From NCBI GenBank assembly GCA_016839945.1, contig JAEOTE010000073.1, positions 1 through 11,178 on the forward strand: DNA of 11,178 bases, in the 5' to 3' direction. The notes beneath the pieces were generated by a model. It was not told where the DNA came from and ran no database searches. It saw only the letters and a program-made list of their open reading frames with translations. The position numbers and the translations under genes are program-made. Origin of the DNA: Candidatus Heimdallarchaeota archaeon (GTDB taxonomy: Archaea; Asgardarchaeota; Heimdallarchaeia; Heimdallarchaeales; Heimdallarchaeaceae). This document shows positions 1 to 7,304 of this stretch, one piece after another. How positions within the stretch are numbered: position 1 is the stretch's first letter; every line of letters begins with the position of its first letter.

Positions 1-2
1 CT

Positions 3-1541
3 GGTTTTCAAAGAACATTTATTTGTGGAAGAGATGGTTGGGTTCCAGTTAATGGAAAGAAAGTTCGTGTAACTAATGTTCATATTGAAGAAGATGCTGC
101 AAGAAGAGTCAATTGGATAGATACTGCAAACAGAACTGTTTATTTTAATTTGGATCGTTTAGGAGTACCATTAACAGAGGTAATTACTGAATATACAGAT
201 GTTGATACACCTGAGGAACTAATTGAAACAGCAAAACAGATTGGAAGAGTTCTAAGACTCAGTGGTATTGGGTGTAGGGGAATTGGTTCAGCTAGACAAG
301 ACGTAAACATAACAATTGCAGGTGGAGATAGAGTAGAAATAAAAGGTGTGCAGGATTTAGATATGTTTGATCTCTTATGTCGTAATGAAGTTGTGAGACA
401 ACATGCTCTATTAGAAATCAAAGATGAGATGCTAAAAAGAGCTATAAAATCTGAAGACTTTGAGCACACTTATGTTGATATTACTCATCTGTTTAGTTTT
501 GTTGAGAATACAAATGTTTTTTCATCTGTTTTCCCTAAAATGAAAGGCTTGTTTGGTTTTGAAGTTCAACCCAACAAGGATTTTGGTTTAGAAATATTTG
601 AAAAAAGCATGTTAATAACAGGGATACCAAGAGAAGATCATTTTCACAGTGATGAATTTATTGAAAATGCTGTAAGACTTCGTTCAGACTATCCTTCTAG
701 ACTAACAATAGATGATGAAAAATACAAACAAATTTGCTCAATTATGAATCCAGGTTCAGAAGATGCAATAATTATTGTTAAAGGTCCAGAGAAAAAAGCT
801 ATTCATGCTTTAAAGAAGATAGTTGAAAGAGTGAAAGCAGCTCTTAATGGAGTTCCTCAAGAAACAAGAAGGCTAGTTCCTAATGGGAATTCAGAGTTTC
901 TACGAGTCATACATGGAAAGGATAGAATTTATCCTGATACTGATACTCCCCCCATTGTTATTTCTTTAGAAAAAATAAACGAGTATACAAAAAATATTGG
1001 TAAGAAACCATGGGATTTATTTGATGAATTACATAAGAAATACAATTTTAAACAAAATCAAGTGGACTTACTTATTCGAGATGAGAAAGTAGATCGTTTT
1101 TATGATTATGTTGAGCGTTTAAAACTTAATGCCAATCTTGCTTACAGAATCCTTGTTGAATTACCAAGAGAAAAAAGAAGAAAGCAAGTTAGTGTCACAG
1201 ATAAAATGCTAGATATGATAGCTGAAGCTTTAGCTGAGAAAATAATACTTCAAACACATATTAGTGATTTTATAGAAATTTTGAACAAGAATCCTAAGTT
1301 AGAAACTAAGGAAGTTGTTAATCAACTAGCAATTCCAAAATTAACAGATAATGAAGTAAATAATATCATCTTGGGTAAAATCAAGAGCTATGATAAAGAG
1401 AAATTAAAAACAGATGAAACATACCGTAATCTTGTTTTACCTAAAATAGTTGGAACGATTCTCAAGAAGATAAAACATTCAGAGAAAGGAAAGGTAATTG
1501 TTGAGAAAATAGAATTACTTCTCAAAGAGGAGGATAAATAG
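3..1541 (+). CDS. gatE: Glu-tRNA(Gln) amidotransferase subunit E (5'-truncated by the window edge)
   Basis: The frame is open from position 3: GFQRTFICGRDGWVPVNGKKVRVTNVHIEEDAARR...LDRLGVPLTE. The TTG at 150 is therefore an internal Leu, not the start. GatE motifs present: GFQRT, EEDAAR, LDRLGxPLxE, RQDVN, RVEIKGVQ, FHSDE (AspRS-like insertion domain), GVPQETR, RIYPDTD. Adjacent to gatD. Confidence 0.96.
   Translation, partial: GFQRTFICGRDGWVPVNGKKVRVTNVHIEEDAARRVNWIDTANRTVYFNLDRLGVPLTEVITEYTDVDTPEELIETAKQIGRVLRLSGIGCRGIGSARQDVNITIAGGDRVEIKGVQDLDMFDLLCRNEVVRQHALLEIKDEMLKRAIKSEDFEHTYVDITHLFSFVENTNVFSSVFPKMKGLFGFEVQPNKDFGLEIFEKSMLITGIPREDHFHSDEFIENAVRLRSDYPSRLTIDDEKYKQICSIMNPGSEDAIIIVKGPEKKAIHALKKIVERVKAALNGVPQETRRLVPNGNSEFLRVIHGKDRIYPDTDTPPIVISLEKINEYTKNIGKKPWDLFDELHKKYNFKQNQVDLLIRDEKVDRFYDYVERLKLNANLAYRILVELPREKRRKQVSVTDKMLDMIAEALAEKIILQTHISDFIEILNKNPKLETKEVVNQLAIPKLTDNEVNNIILGKIKSYDKEKLKTDETYRNLVLPKIVGTILKKIKHSEKGKVIVEKIELLLKEEDK
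1528..1535 (+). promoter_or_regulatory. Shine-Dalgarno-like site for gatD inside the gatE 3' end
   Basis: A GAGGAGGA purine tract in the last gatE codons lies about 8 nt before the gatD ATG at 1543. The gatE stop (1539-1541) and gatD start are 1 nt apart, suggesting translational coupling. Confidence 0.65.
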
Positions 1542-1542
1542 A

Positions 1543-2931
1543 ATGAGTGATCATAATAATAATGAACCAGAGGGGTATAGGGGAGCTTTGCGTGAAAGAC
1601 TCATCAAAGCCCAAATAAGAACTTGGAGTAAAGTTAGTGTCAAAAAAGGTAATGCAACATATGAAGGTCTTTTGCTTCCAAGAAGCCAACATACAGATGA
1701 TGGATATATAACTCTCAAAGTAGATACTGGTTATAATCTAGGTGTTTTGATAGATGAAGACACAATAATTGAGGAAGTAGGATTTCAGAAAGGGCATTAT
1801 CAACTTCCACATGTAGATGTTAAATATAAGAAAGAATTACCAGATGTTACACTTCTAGGAACTGGGGGGACAGTTGCATCAAGATTAGATTATAGAACAG
1901 GAGCTGTTTTACCCGCATTCACTCCTGAAGAATTGTTCTCAGCTGTTCCAGAATTGACAACCACTGTTAATTTGACTCCTAAAACTTTGTATCAAATCCT
2001 TAGTGAAAATTTTAGACCAGAATATTGGGTTAAGACAGCAGAAGCTATAGGAAAAGAGATTGAAAGTGGAGTTGAAGGCATCATAATTGGACACGGAACA
2101 GATACAATGTGTGTAACTGGTTGCGCTTTGTCTTTTTTCCTTCGCAATTTACCTGTTCCTGTAGTTCTAGTTGGAAGTCAAAGAAGTTCTGATAGACCTT
2201 CTTCAGATGGTCCAAGGAATATACTTTACGCTGCAAATTTAGCTGGGTATCAAGATTTTGCTGAGGTTGTAATTTGTATGCATGGAATGCCTAGTGATAG
2301 CTATAACTTGATTCATCGTTCAACTAGATGTAGAAAAATGCATTCAGCTCGACGTGATACTTTTCGAACTCTTAGCGATATACCTTTAGGGAAGATAGAC
2401 GATACTGGAACTACTTGGTTTAAAGATGATATCTCTCCAAGAAAACCTAGAGAAGACTTCTATTTAGACACCAAAATAGATTCTCGGGTTGGGATGTTAT
2501 ACTTCTATCCTGGTATGAATCCAGATATGCTTGATGCTATGGTAGATCTTGGGTATCATGGTGTTGTTATAATAGGAACTGGTCTTGCACATGTAGGAAC
2601 AGATGTCTACCCAGCATTAGAAAGATGTCAAGATGAAGAAATTCCTGTAGTAATGGTAGTTGAACCTCTTTATGGATTTGTTCAGCTTCGTGTTTATGAG
2701 ACAGGAAGAGATATGCTCGCTAGGGGTGTTATTGAAGGTGAAAATATGTTGCCTTCAGCTGCTTACACAAAACTAATATGGACATTGGGTCACACACGTG
2801 ACATTAAAGAAGTAGAAAAAATAATGCTAACTCCTGTTGCAGGGGAAATAACTACAAGAGAAAGTCCAAGAGGTTTCATGTTAATGCAAGGAATTGAACA
2901 TGGAATTGATACAATACTTAAGAATCTGTAA
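1543..2931 (+). CDS. gatD: Glu-tRNA(Gln) amidotransferase subunit D (asparaginase-type glutaminase)
   Basis: GatD N-terminal barrel (LKVDTGYNLG), TGGTVASRLDYRTGAV, HGTDT, GSQRSSDRPSSD, RKMHSARRDTF, GTGLAHV, VYETGR and GEI motifs. 462 aa. Confidence 0.97.
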   Translation: MSDHNNNEPEGYRGALRERLIKAQIRTWSKVSVKKGNATYEGLLLPRSQHTDDGYITLKVDTGYNLGVLIDEDTIIEEVGFQKGHYQLPHVDVKYKKELPDVTLLGTGGTVASRLDYRTGAVLPAFTPEELFSAVPELTTTVNLTPKTLYQILSENFRPEYWVKTAEAIGKEIESGVEGIIIGHGTDTMCVTGCALSFFLRNLPVPVVLVGSQRSSDRPSSDGPRNILYAANLAGYQDFAEVVICMHGMPSDSYNLIHRSTRCRKMHSARRDTFRTLSDIPLGKIDDTGTTWFKDDISPRKPREDFYLDTKIDSRVGMLYFYPGMNPDMLDAMVDLGYHGVVIIGTGLAHVGTDVYPALERCQDEEIPVVMVVEPLYGFVQLRVYETGRDMLARGVIEGENMLPSAAYTKLIWTLGHTRDIKEVEKIMLTPVAGEITTRESPRGFMLMQGIEHGIDTILKNL

Positions 2932-2960
2932 TCTTATTGAATAAAGAAAGATGATAAATA

Positions 2961-4313
2961 ATGTACATTAGCCACTACGACATTCGGATGTTCTATAAAT
3001 GCCCAATGCTTCTTTATCTGAATAAACATGGACCTCAAGAAGAGAAAGAAATTCATCCAATTATCAAAAAAAGACACAAAACATCTCCTCCATTTTTATC
3101 TCCTGAATTTATTAAAACTGAAATAAAAAAAACTTCAAATTTAATCAAAAAAGGTAATGATATTATTAATCAGAAATGGATGTCCTACAATAAATTATCA
3201 ACAAAAATTGATAAACTAAAAAAAATTAATGAAAATAGTATTTTTGGTCCTTATGCTTATGAACCAATTTTTACTAGAGGTAATATACCCCTAAGAAAAC
3301 CTCTAGTAATGGAAGGAGTTTTTACAGCTTACATCTGCTCTAAATTTCAAGATATTGACTTGAATTACTTTATTTTACAGAGAGAAAAAGAAAGAGAGAG
3401 ATTTGTTTTTTCTGAGGAACTAGATACTTTATTCAGCGATTTACCAAGAATTAAAAAGATATTAGAAGACGATATTGATATCTCCCCAGATTACACAAGA
3501 GGTTGCAGAGTATGTGAATGGAGAATATACTGCAGAAATCTTGCAAAAGAAACAGCTGATCTTACTTTAATAAGTGGGATAGGAAAACGAATAAAGAAAG
3601 AACTAAGAGAAATAGGTATCACAGATGTTAAAGAACTTGCAGAAGCAGATATAACCAAAATCTCCAATGATTTCACAAGTAAAAAAGAGCTAACATATTT
3701 CAAGCTTCAAGCAAAAGCAATTGTTGAGAAGAAAGACATTATAAGAAAAAAGGTAGTTTTTCCAAAAAGTAAAATTGAACTTTTTGTAGACATTGAAGGA
3801 TCTTCACATCACAATTTTATATGGATAATAGGCTGTTTCATAAGAATCGAAGATAGTGTAGAATATAGATCATTTCTAGCAAATTCTCCAAAAGAAGAAA
3901 AAGAAATGATTATTTCTTTCTATAAATTTCTCTCCGAGCTTGAAGATGAATTTATTATCTATCATTTCTCTTCTGCTGAACCGCAATATTTCAAACAACT
4001 TACAGAGAAATATAACCTTCAAGCAATCAACTTATCTAATGTCTTAAAGAACTCATTTGATCTATTCCCGATATTCAAGGAGAATATAATCCTGCCTTTA
4101 TATTCCTACACATTAAAGGAAGTTGCCAATTGGTTAGGTTTTCAGTGGCATGATCCTTTATCTGATGGTGCTACAAGCATCGTTCTCTTTGACAAATGGT
4201 ATATTGAAAAAAATAAAAAAGCGCTTCAAAAAGCAATCTCTTATAATTCAGACGATTGTAGAGCTCTTATTATCATAAAAGATTATCTTATTAAAAACCT
4301 CTCTGACTATTAA
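2961..4313 (+). CDS. TM0106-family RecB-like putative nuclease (Cas4-like Fe-S region + HhH + C-terminal YprB/RNase H-like DEDD domain)
   Basis: N-terminal YKCP; SIFGPYAYEP; CRVCEWRIYC (Cx2Cx5C); HhH motif LTLISGIGKR..ELREIGI; FVDIEG, IYHF, FDLF, SYTLKEVA..LGFQW and YNSDDC. Confidence 0.88.
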   Translation: MYISHYDIRMFYKCPMLLYLNKHGPQEEKEIHPIIKKRHKTSPPFLSPEFIKTEIKKTSNLIKKGNDIINQKWMSYNKLSTKIDKLKKINENSIFGPYAYEPIFTRGNIPLRKPLVMEGVFTAYICSKFQDIDLNYFILQREKERERFVFSEELDTLFSDLPRIKKILEDDIDISPDYTRGCRVCEWRIYCRNLAKETADLTLISGIGKRIKKELREIGITDVKELAEADITKISNDFTSKKELTYFKLQAKAIVEKKDIIRKKVVFPKSKIELFVDIEGSSHHNFIWIIGCFIRIEDSVEYRSFLANSPKEEKEMIISFYKFLSELEDEFIIYHFSSAEPQYFKQLTEKYNLQAINLSNVLKNSFDLFPIFKENIILPLYSYTLKEVANWLGFQWHDPLSDGATSIVLFDKWYIEKNKKALQKAISYNSDDCRALIIIKDYLIKNLSDY

Positions 4314-4331
4314 AATAACATATGCTCAATT

Positions 4332-4346
4332 CAAAAAGATTATTAG
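4332..4346 (+). promoter_or_regulatory. Putative BRE-TATA promoter of the flavoprotein gene
   Basis: CAAAAAG followed by ATTATTAG, about 30 nt upstream of the ATG at 4377. Confidence 0.5.
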
Positions 4347-4376
4347 TAAGTATTCTTCTTTCCGTTTCAGATTACT

Positions 4377-5360
4377 ATGTCAACAGAAAATGATAAAAAA
4401 TTCTATGGTGACTTGGGTATAATAGGAGGAGGAGTAGGGGGTCTAGGAGCTGCTATTATTGCAAGCTATAAAGGTCTCAAAGTGACTGTTTTTGAAGGGG
4501 GTCGTCTGGGAGGTATTGTTACAACTTTATATGCTAGAAAAATAGTTGAAAATTATCCAGGAACTCCTAGTATATTAGGAAAAAGACTGATCGATGAATT
4601 CGTGATTCAAGCTAGAGAAGTACAAGCTGAAGTTCTTAATGAAAGGGTTATAAACGTAGAGAAAAAAGATGATGTTATTACAATTATTACCAACGAAGGA
4701 AGATATAACTTCAGAACTATTATAATTGCTACTGGTTCTCAACCTGCAGAATTAGGAATACCAGGAGAAAGAAAATACAAGATAAAGGATAGAGGAGTTT
4801 ATAATTTCGTTACAGATCCTGATAGATTTAAAGGCTGCAATGTCCTAGTAGTTGGTGGTGGTGACACAGCAATTGATTCAGTTCATGAATTGTCTGGAGT
4901 TGCAAAAGAAATCTACTTAGTACATCGAAGAGATAGTTTTAGAGGTGCTCAAACTAAAGTGGACTTAATTGTTAAAAATGACATTGCAGAGATAGTATAC
5001 AATCATATAATCGCTGGTCTTGAAGGGGATAAAACTTTGGAAAGAGCAATTCTTGAAGATGTAAATACTCACATGAAAAGAGAAATTGAAGTAGATAAAT
5101 GCATCTTAGCAGTAGGAATGTCTACAAATCTTGAGATTTTTGAAGATCTTGGAATAGCAACTGAAGGAAAACACATCAAAGTTGATAAAGAAATGAGAAC
5201 AAATGTTGAAGGTGTGTTTGCTATCGGTGATATTGCTACCCAATATCAATTGATAGTTATTGCTGTTGCCCAAGGAGCTGTTGCTGCCCATAATGCTTTT
5301 GGTATGATTAGAAAGCCTTACTGGTATAAAGAAGGAGAATGGCCAGCAGACTTCTGTTAA
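4377..5360 (+). CDS. Thioredoxin-reductase-fold FAD/NAD(P)H oxidoreductase lacking CxxC; probable ferredoxin/flavodoxin-NADP+ reductase (YumC-like type 2 FNR)
   Basis: FAD motif IIGGGVGG, IIATG, NAD(P) motif VVGGGDTAID, HRRDSFR (NADPH preference) and TNVEGVFAIGD. The TrxR GVSYCxxC position reads GVYNFVTDP, and GGIVTTLYARK resembles the YumC GGQLxxLYPEK segment. Confidence 0.8.
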   Translation: MSTENDKKFYGDLGIIGGGVGGLGAAIIASYKGLKVTVFEGGRLGGIVTTLYARKIVENYPGTPSILGKRLIDEFVIQAREVQAEVLNERVINVEKKDDVITIITNEGRYNFRTIIIATGSQPAELGIPGERKYKIKDRGVYNFVTDPDRFKGCNVLVVGGGDTAIDSVHELSGVAKEIYLVHRRDSFRGAQTKVDLIVKNDIAEIVYNHIIAGLEGDKTLERAILEDVNTHMKREIEVDKCILAVGMSTNLEIFEDLGIATEGKHIKVDKEMRTNVEGVFAIGDIATQYQLIVIAVAQGAVAAHNAFGMIRKPYWYKEGEWPADFC

Positions 5361-5390
5361 CCTCTCTCTTTATTTTTCTCTCTTTTTTTA
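5361..5390 (+). terminator. Pyrimidine/oligo-T archaeal terminator
   Basis: CCTCTCTCTTTATTTTTCTCTCTTTTTTTA lies directly after the TAA, between convergent genes. Confidence 0.6.
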
Positions 5391-5396
5391 TATTAT

Positions 5397-6101
5397 TTAC
5401 AGTTCGAATAAAAGGAACAATGCTAGAGCTATTGAGATTGGTAGAGTAGTATTATCAATAAACCTGTAATTGCAAGCTTCAACTATTGTTCCAATTGCAC
5501 TAACAACCACAGCCTTCCACCAAAAACCTGTTGCATTTAGCATTGAATGAAAACCAAAAGCTATAATTATACTCACAAAAATTCCAATAAGAACACATAG
5601 AGACCCTTCTAAACTTCTTTCTTCAAAAATTTTGTATTTTATTCTTCCATAAGGTCTACCTATCATCTCACCCATTCCATCTCCTAGACTAACAGATAAT
5701 ACTGCTGATGAGAAAATATACAATTTATCGTGAAAAACGAGGAATATTACTAGAACAACAATACCCGTTGAAAGAGAATTTACAATTAGAAGCCATTTTT
5801 GTTCTCCTTCACGTGTACATTCATCATATATCCTCTGGAAGATTCTAAATGGAGGTAATAAAGACAATATGCTTAATGTTCCTATAACTAGAAGTAGTAC
5901 AATTATTACGTCAAAAATATTTGTGAAAAAGTAAGGAAGAAATGCAACATAGAAGTGTAGAAACATGTGTCCTAATTTTCTCACTTGCCACCTTTTAAAT
6001 TTCAACATCTTGAGGACAAAAATTAATGACAAAACTGCAAACGAAATAACAGATGCAATTATAACGAAGACCCAATCCACTTGTGTTGTGTCAAATTCCA
6101 T
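5397..6101 (-). CDS. CTP-dependent polyprenol/dolichol/phytol kinase family membrane protein (SEC59/DGK1/VTE5-like)
   Basis: About 7-8 hydrophobic helices; RKLGH, SLGDGMGEMIGRPYGR, RSLEGS and C-terminal IDN motifs characteristic of the family. Confidence 0.85.
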   Translation of the reverse strand: MEFDTTQVDWVFVIIASVISFAVLSLIFVLKMLKFKRWQVRKLGHMFLHFYVAFLPYFFTNIFDVIIVLLLVIGTLSILSLLPPFRIFQRIYDECTREGEQKWLLIVNSLSTGIVVLVIFLVFHDKLYIFSSAVLSVSLGDGMGEMIGRPYGRIKYKIFEERSLEGSLCVLIGIFVSIIIAFGFHSMLNATGFWWKAVVVSAIGTIVEACNYRFIDNTTLPISIALALFLLFEL

Positions 6102-6111
6102 TCAATCACTT

Positions 6112-6666
6112 TTACAAATCTTTGGGTTTGCATAACAGCTCCTTTAATTTCATATCGAAGAAATTTTGAGAATGAGCTGGTTTTATTACCCAAGCAGTAT
6201 CTGCATTTCTTCCTGAACCTGCTATGGCAATAACATCACTATCCATAGCTATTACTCCGGCATCTGCTGCCATCGTAACTATCTCTACACAGACTTTTGT
6301 TCCTTCCCCTAGCATTCGAAAAGATTCAGCTATTAATTCCGAAACCATCCATGTTCCATGTTTCTTCCTAATAGCTCGATTGATTCCTGCTAAAGCATGA
6401 GTTGCAGTAACTATCTTCACTCCTTTATCCTTTATCTCTTGAAGTAGTTCTTCTGGAACTTCTAACTCTCCTGGAACCTTAAAACCTGCCTGATGAGTAA
6501 CAACTATTACCTTTACTTGAGAAAAAACAGATGCAGCTTTGAGAGCTGTTGTTCCAGTAGTTGTAGCAACAACAACTTGAGTAATATCTCCTTCTTTGAG
6601 TTTTTCTTTTACTGTAGAAAACACTTCATCGGTGTGATCACCTGGTTTATCAAAATGAAATACCAT
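6112..6666 (-). CDS. COG1751 / MTH1675-like protein (pyruvate kinase C-terminal alpha/beta-like fold, putative FMN binding)
   Basis: FDKPG..T, VVVATTTGTTA, VVTHQAGFKVPG, THALAG, RMLGEGTKVCVEIVTMAADAG, IAGSGRNADTA and KELLCKP match this conserved family. Confidence 0.88.
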   Translation of the reverse strand: MVFHFDKPGDHTDEVFSTVKEKLKEGDITQVVVATTTGTTALKAASVFSQVKVIVVTHQAGFKVPGELEVPEELLQEIKDKGVKIVTATHALAGINRAIRKKHGTWMVSELIAESFRMLGEGTKVCVEIVTMAADAGVIAMDSDVIAIAGSGRNADTAWVIKPAHSQNFFDMKLKELLCKPKDL

Positions 6667-6687
6667 ATCTAAATATTAATTATTTAA

Positions 6688-6702
6688 TTTATAATATTTT
6701 GG
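6688..6702 (-). promoter_or_regulatory. Putative BRE-TATA promoter for the COG1751-kinase operon
   Basis: The minus strand reads CCAAAATA-TTATAAA, ending about 21 nt before the ATG at 6666, consistent with a leaderless mRNA. Confidence 0.55.
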
Positions 6703-6779
6703 CAATGTAATCTTCTATTAAGGAAAAATATATCTAGAAGAGATTGATGCGTTTTTTCCATATTTTTTATTTCATCTCT

Positions 6780-6793
6780 CAAAAAAGTTTATA
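6780..6793 (+). promoter_or_regulatory. Putative BRE-TATA promoter of the 140-aa ORF
   Basis: CAAAAAAG-TTTATA, about 32 nt upstream of the ATG at 6826. Confidence 0.6.
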
Positions 6794-6825
6794 GATGACC
6801 ATGAGATTATCGTGAATCGACGTTA

Positions 6826-7248
6826 ATGAGTGTTCAATTTCAGCTTGAGCAAGGAAAAGTGAATGCAATCAAGATTAGTGTGAGGAAGAGAATTTTAAAC
6901 AAAGTTCAAACTGAAATAATAGAGATTTTTACCAATTGCGTTACAACCTCTATTCCTAGCATCGAAAGAGAAACAATAAAAGCTTATCTAATTTGTGCAA
7001 CTAGAGACTGGGAAATAGAGAAAAAACTTTTCCTAAACGATTTTAACTTCATGCATGTAAACGACAGAATCAGAGAATTCGATAAAATTTTCGAATTCTT
7101 CATTGAGAGACTGCAAGATGCATTATTAGAAGAACTTACAGTAGATACAATAGATTTCTTGCGAAAAGCATCTCTTACTAATTATCGTGACTACTTGGGT
7201 TCAGAAGGTTATGTTGTAGATTACTATAGTTTTAACCAGAATTCTTAA
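6826..7248 (+). CDS. Hypothetical soluble, probably alpha-helical protein (140 aa)
   Basis: ATG-started ORF that fills the gap, with its own TATA-like element and normal composition. No motif recognised. Confidence 0.75.
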   Translation: MSVQFQLEQGKVNAIKISVRKRILNKVQTEIIEIFTNCVTTSIPSIERETIKAYLICATRDWEIEKKLFLNDFNFMHVNDRIREFDKIFEFFIERLQDALLEELTVDTIDFLRKASLTNYRDYLGSEGYVVDYYSFNQNS

Positions 7249-7251
7249 CTG

Positions 7252-7266
7252 GAGAAACGTTATATA
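7252..7266 (+). promoter_or_regulatory. Putative BRE-TATA promoter of the flippase gene
   Basis: GAGAAACG-TTATATA, about 38 nt upstream of the ATG at 7305. An SD-like AGGTG lies at 7295-7299. Confidence 0.6.
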
Positions 7267-7304
7267 TTAGTGATTTCTTTTAGAACCTACTTCTAGGTGC
7301 TATT

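Noticed and set aside
150-152. TTG start for gatE given by the ORF track
   Set aside because: The frame is open to the window start and encodes conserved GFQRT and EEDAAR motifs upstream, so the real start lies outside the window.
140-469. 109-aa minus-strand ORF
   Set aside because: Antisense shadow of the conserved gatE core with no recognisable motifs.
1539-1541. TAG readthrough (pyrrolysine) or a GatE-GatD fusion
   Set aside because: Readthrough hits TGA after two more codons, and gatD is in a different frame with its own SD and ATG.
3491-3703. 70-aa minus-strand ORF
   Set aside because: Antisense shadow inside the nuclease gene; its Ser/Phe/Ile-rich composition is typical of reverse-complemented A-rich coding DNA.
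2961-4313. cas4 / CRISPR or defence-island interpretation
   Set aside because: No repeats-spacers or other cas genes are present, the HhH + RNase H-like fusion fits the TM0106 family, and the neighbours are housekeeping genes.
5106-5291. 61-aa minus-strand ORF
   Set aside because: Antisense to the flavoprotein gene with no supporting signals.
4377-5360. Canonical thioredoxin reductase (trxB), or a selenoprotein with C-terminal Cys-Sec
   Set aside because: There is no CxxC, and the stop after the terminal Cys is TAA, not TGA.
6112-6666. Pyruvate kinase
   Set aside because: Only 184 aa, with no TIM-barrel catalytic domain; it shares only the C-terminal-domain fold.
6709-6745. Imperfect inverted repeat AATCTTCTA...TAGAAGAGATT between divergent promoters
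   Set aside because: A 7-bp core with a 17-nt spacer in very AT-rich DNA, present once; not distinguishable from chance.
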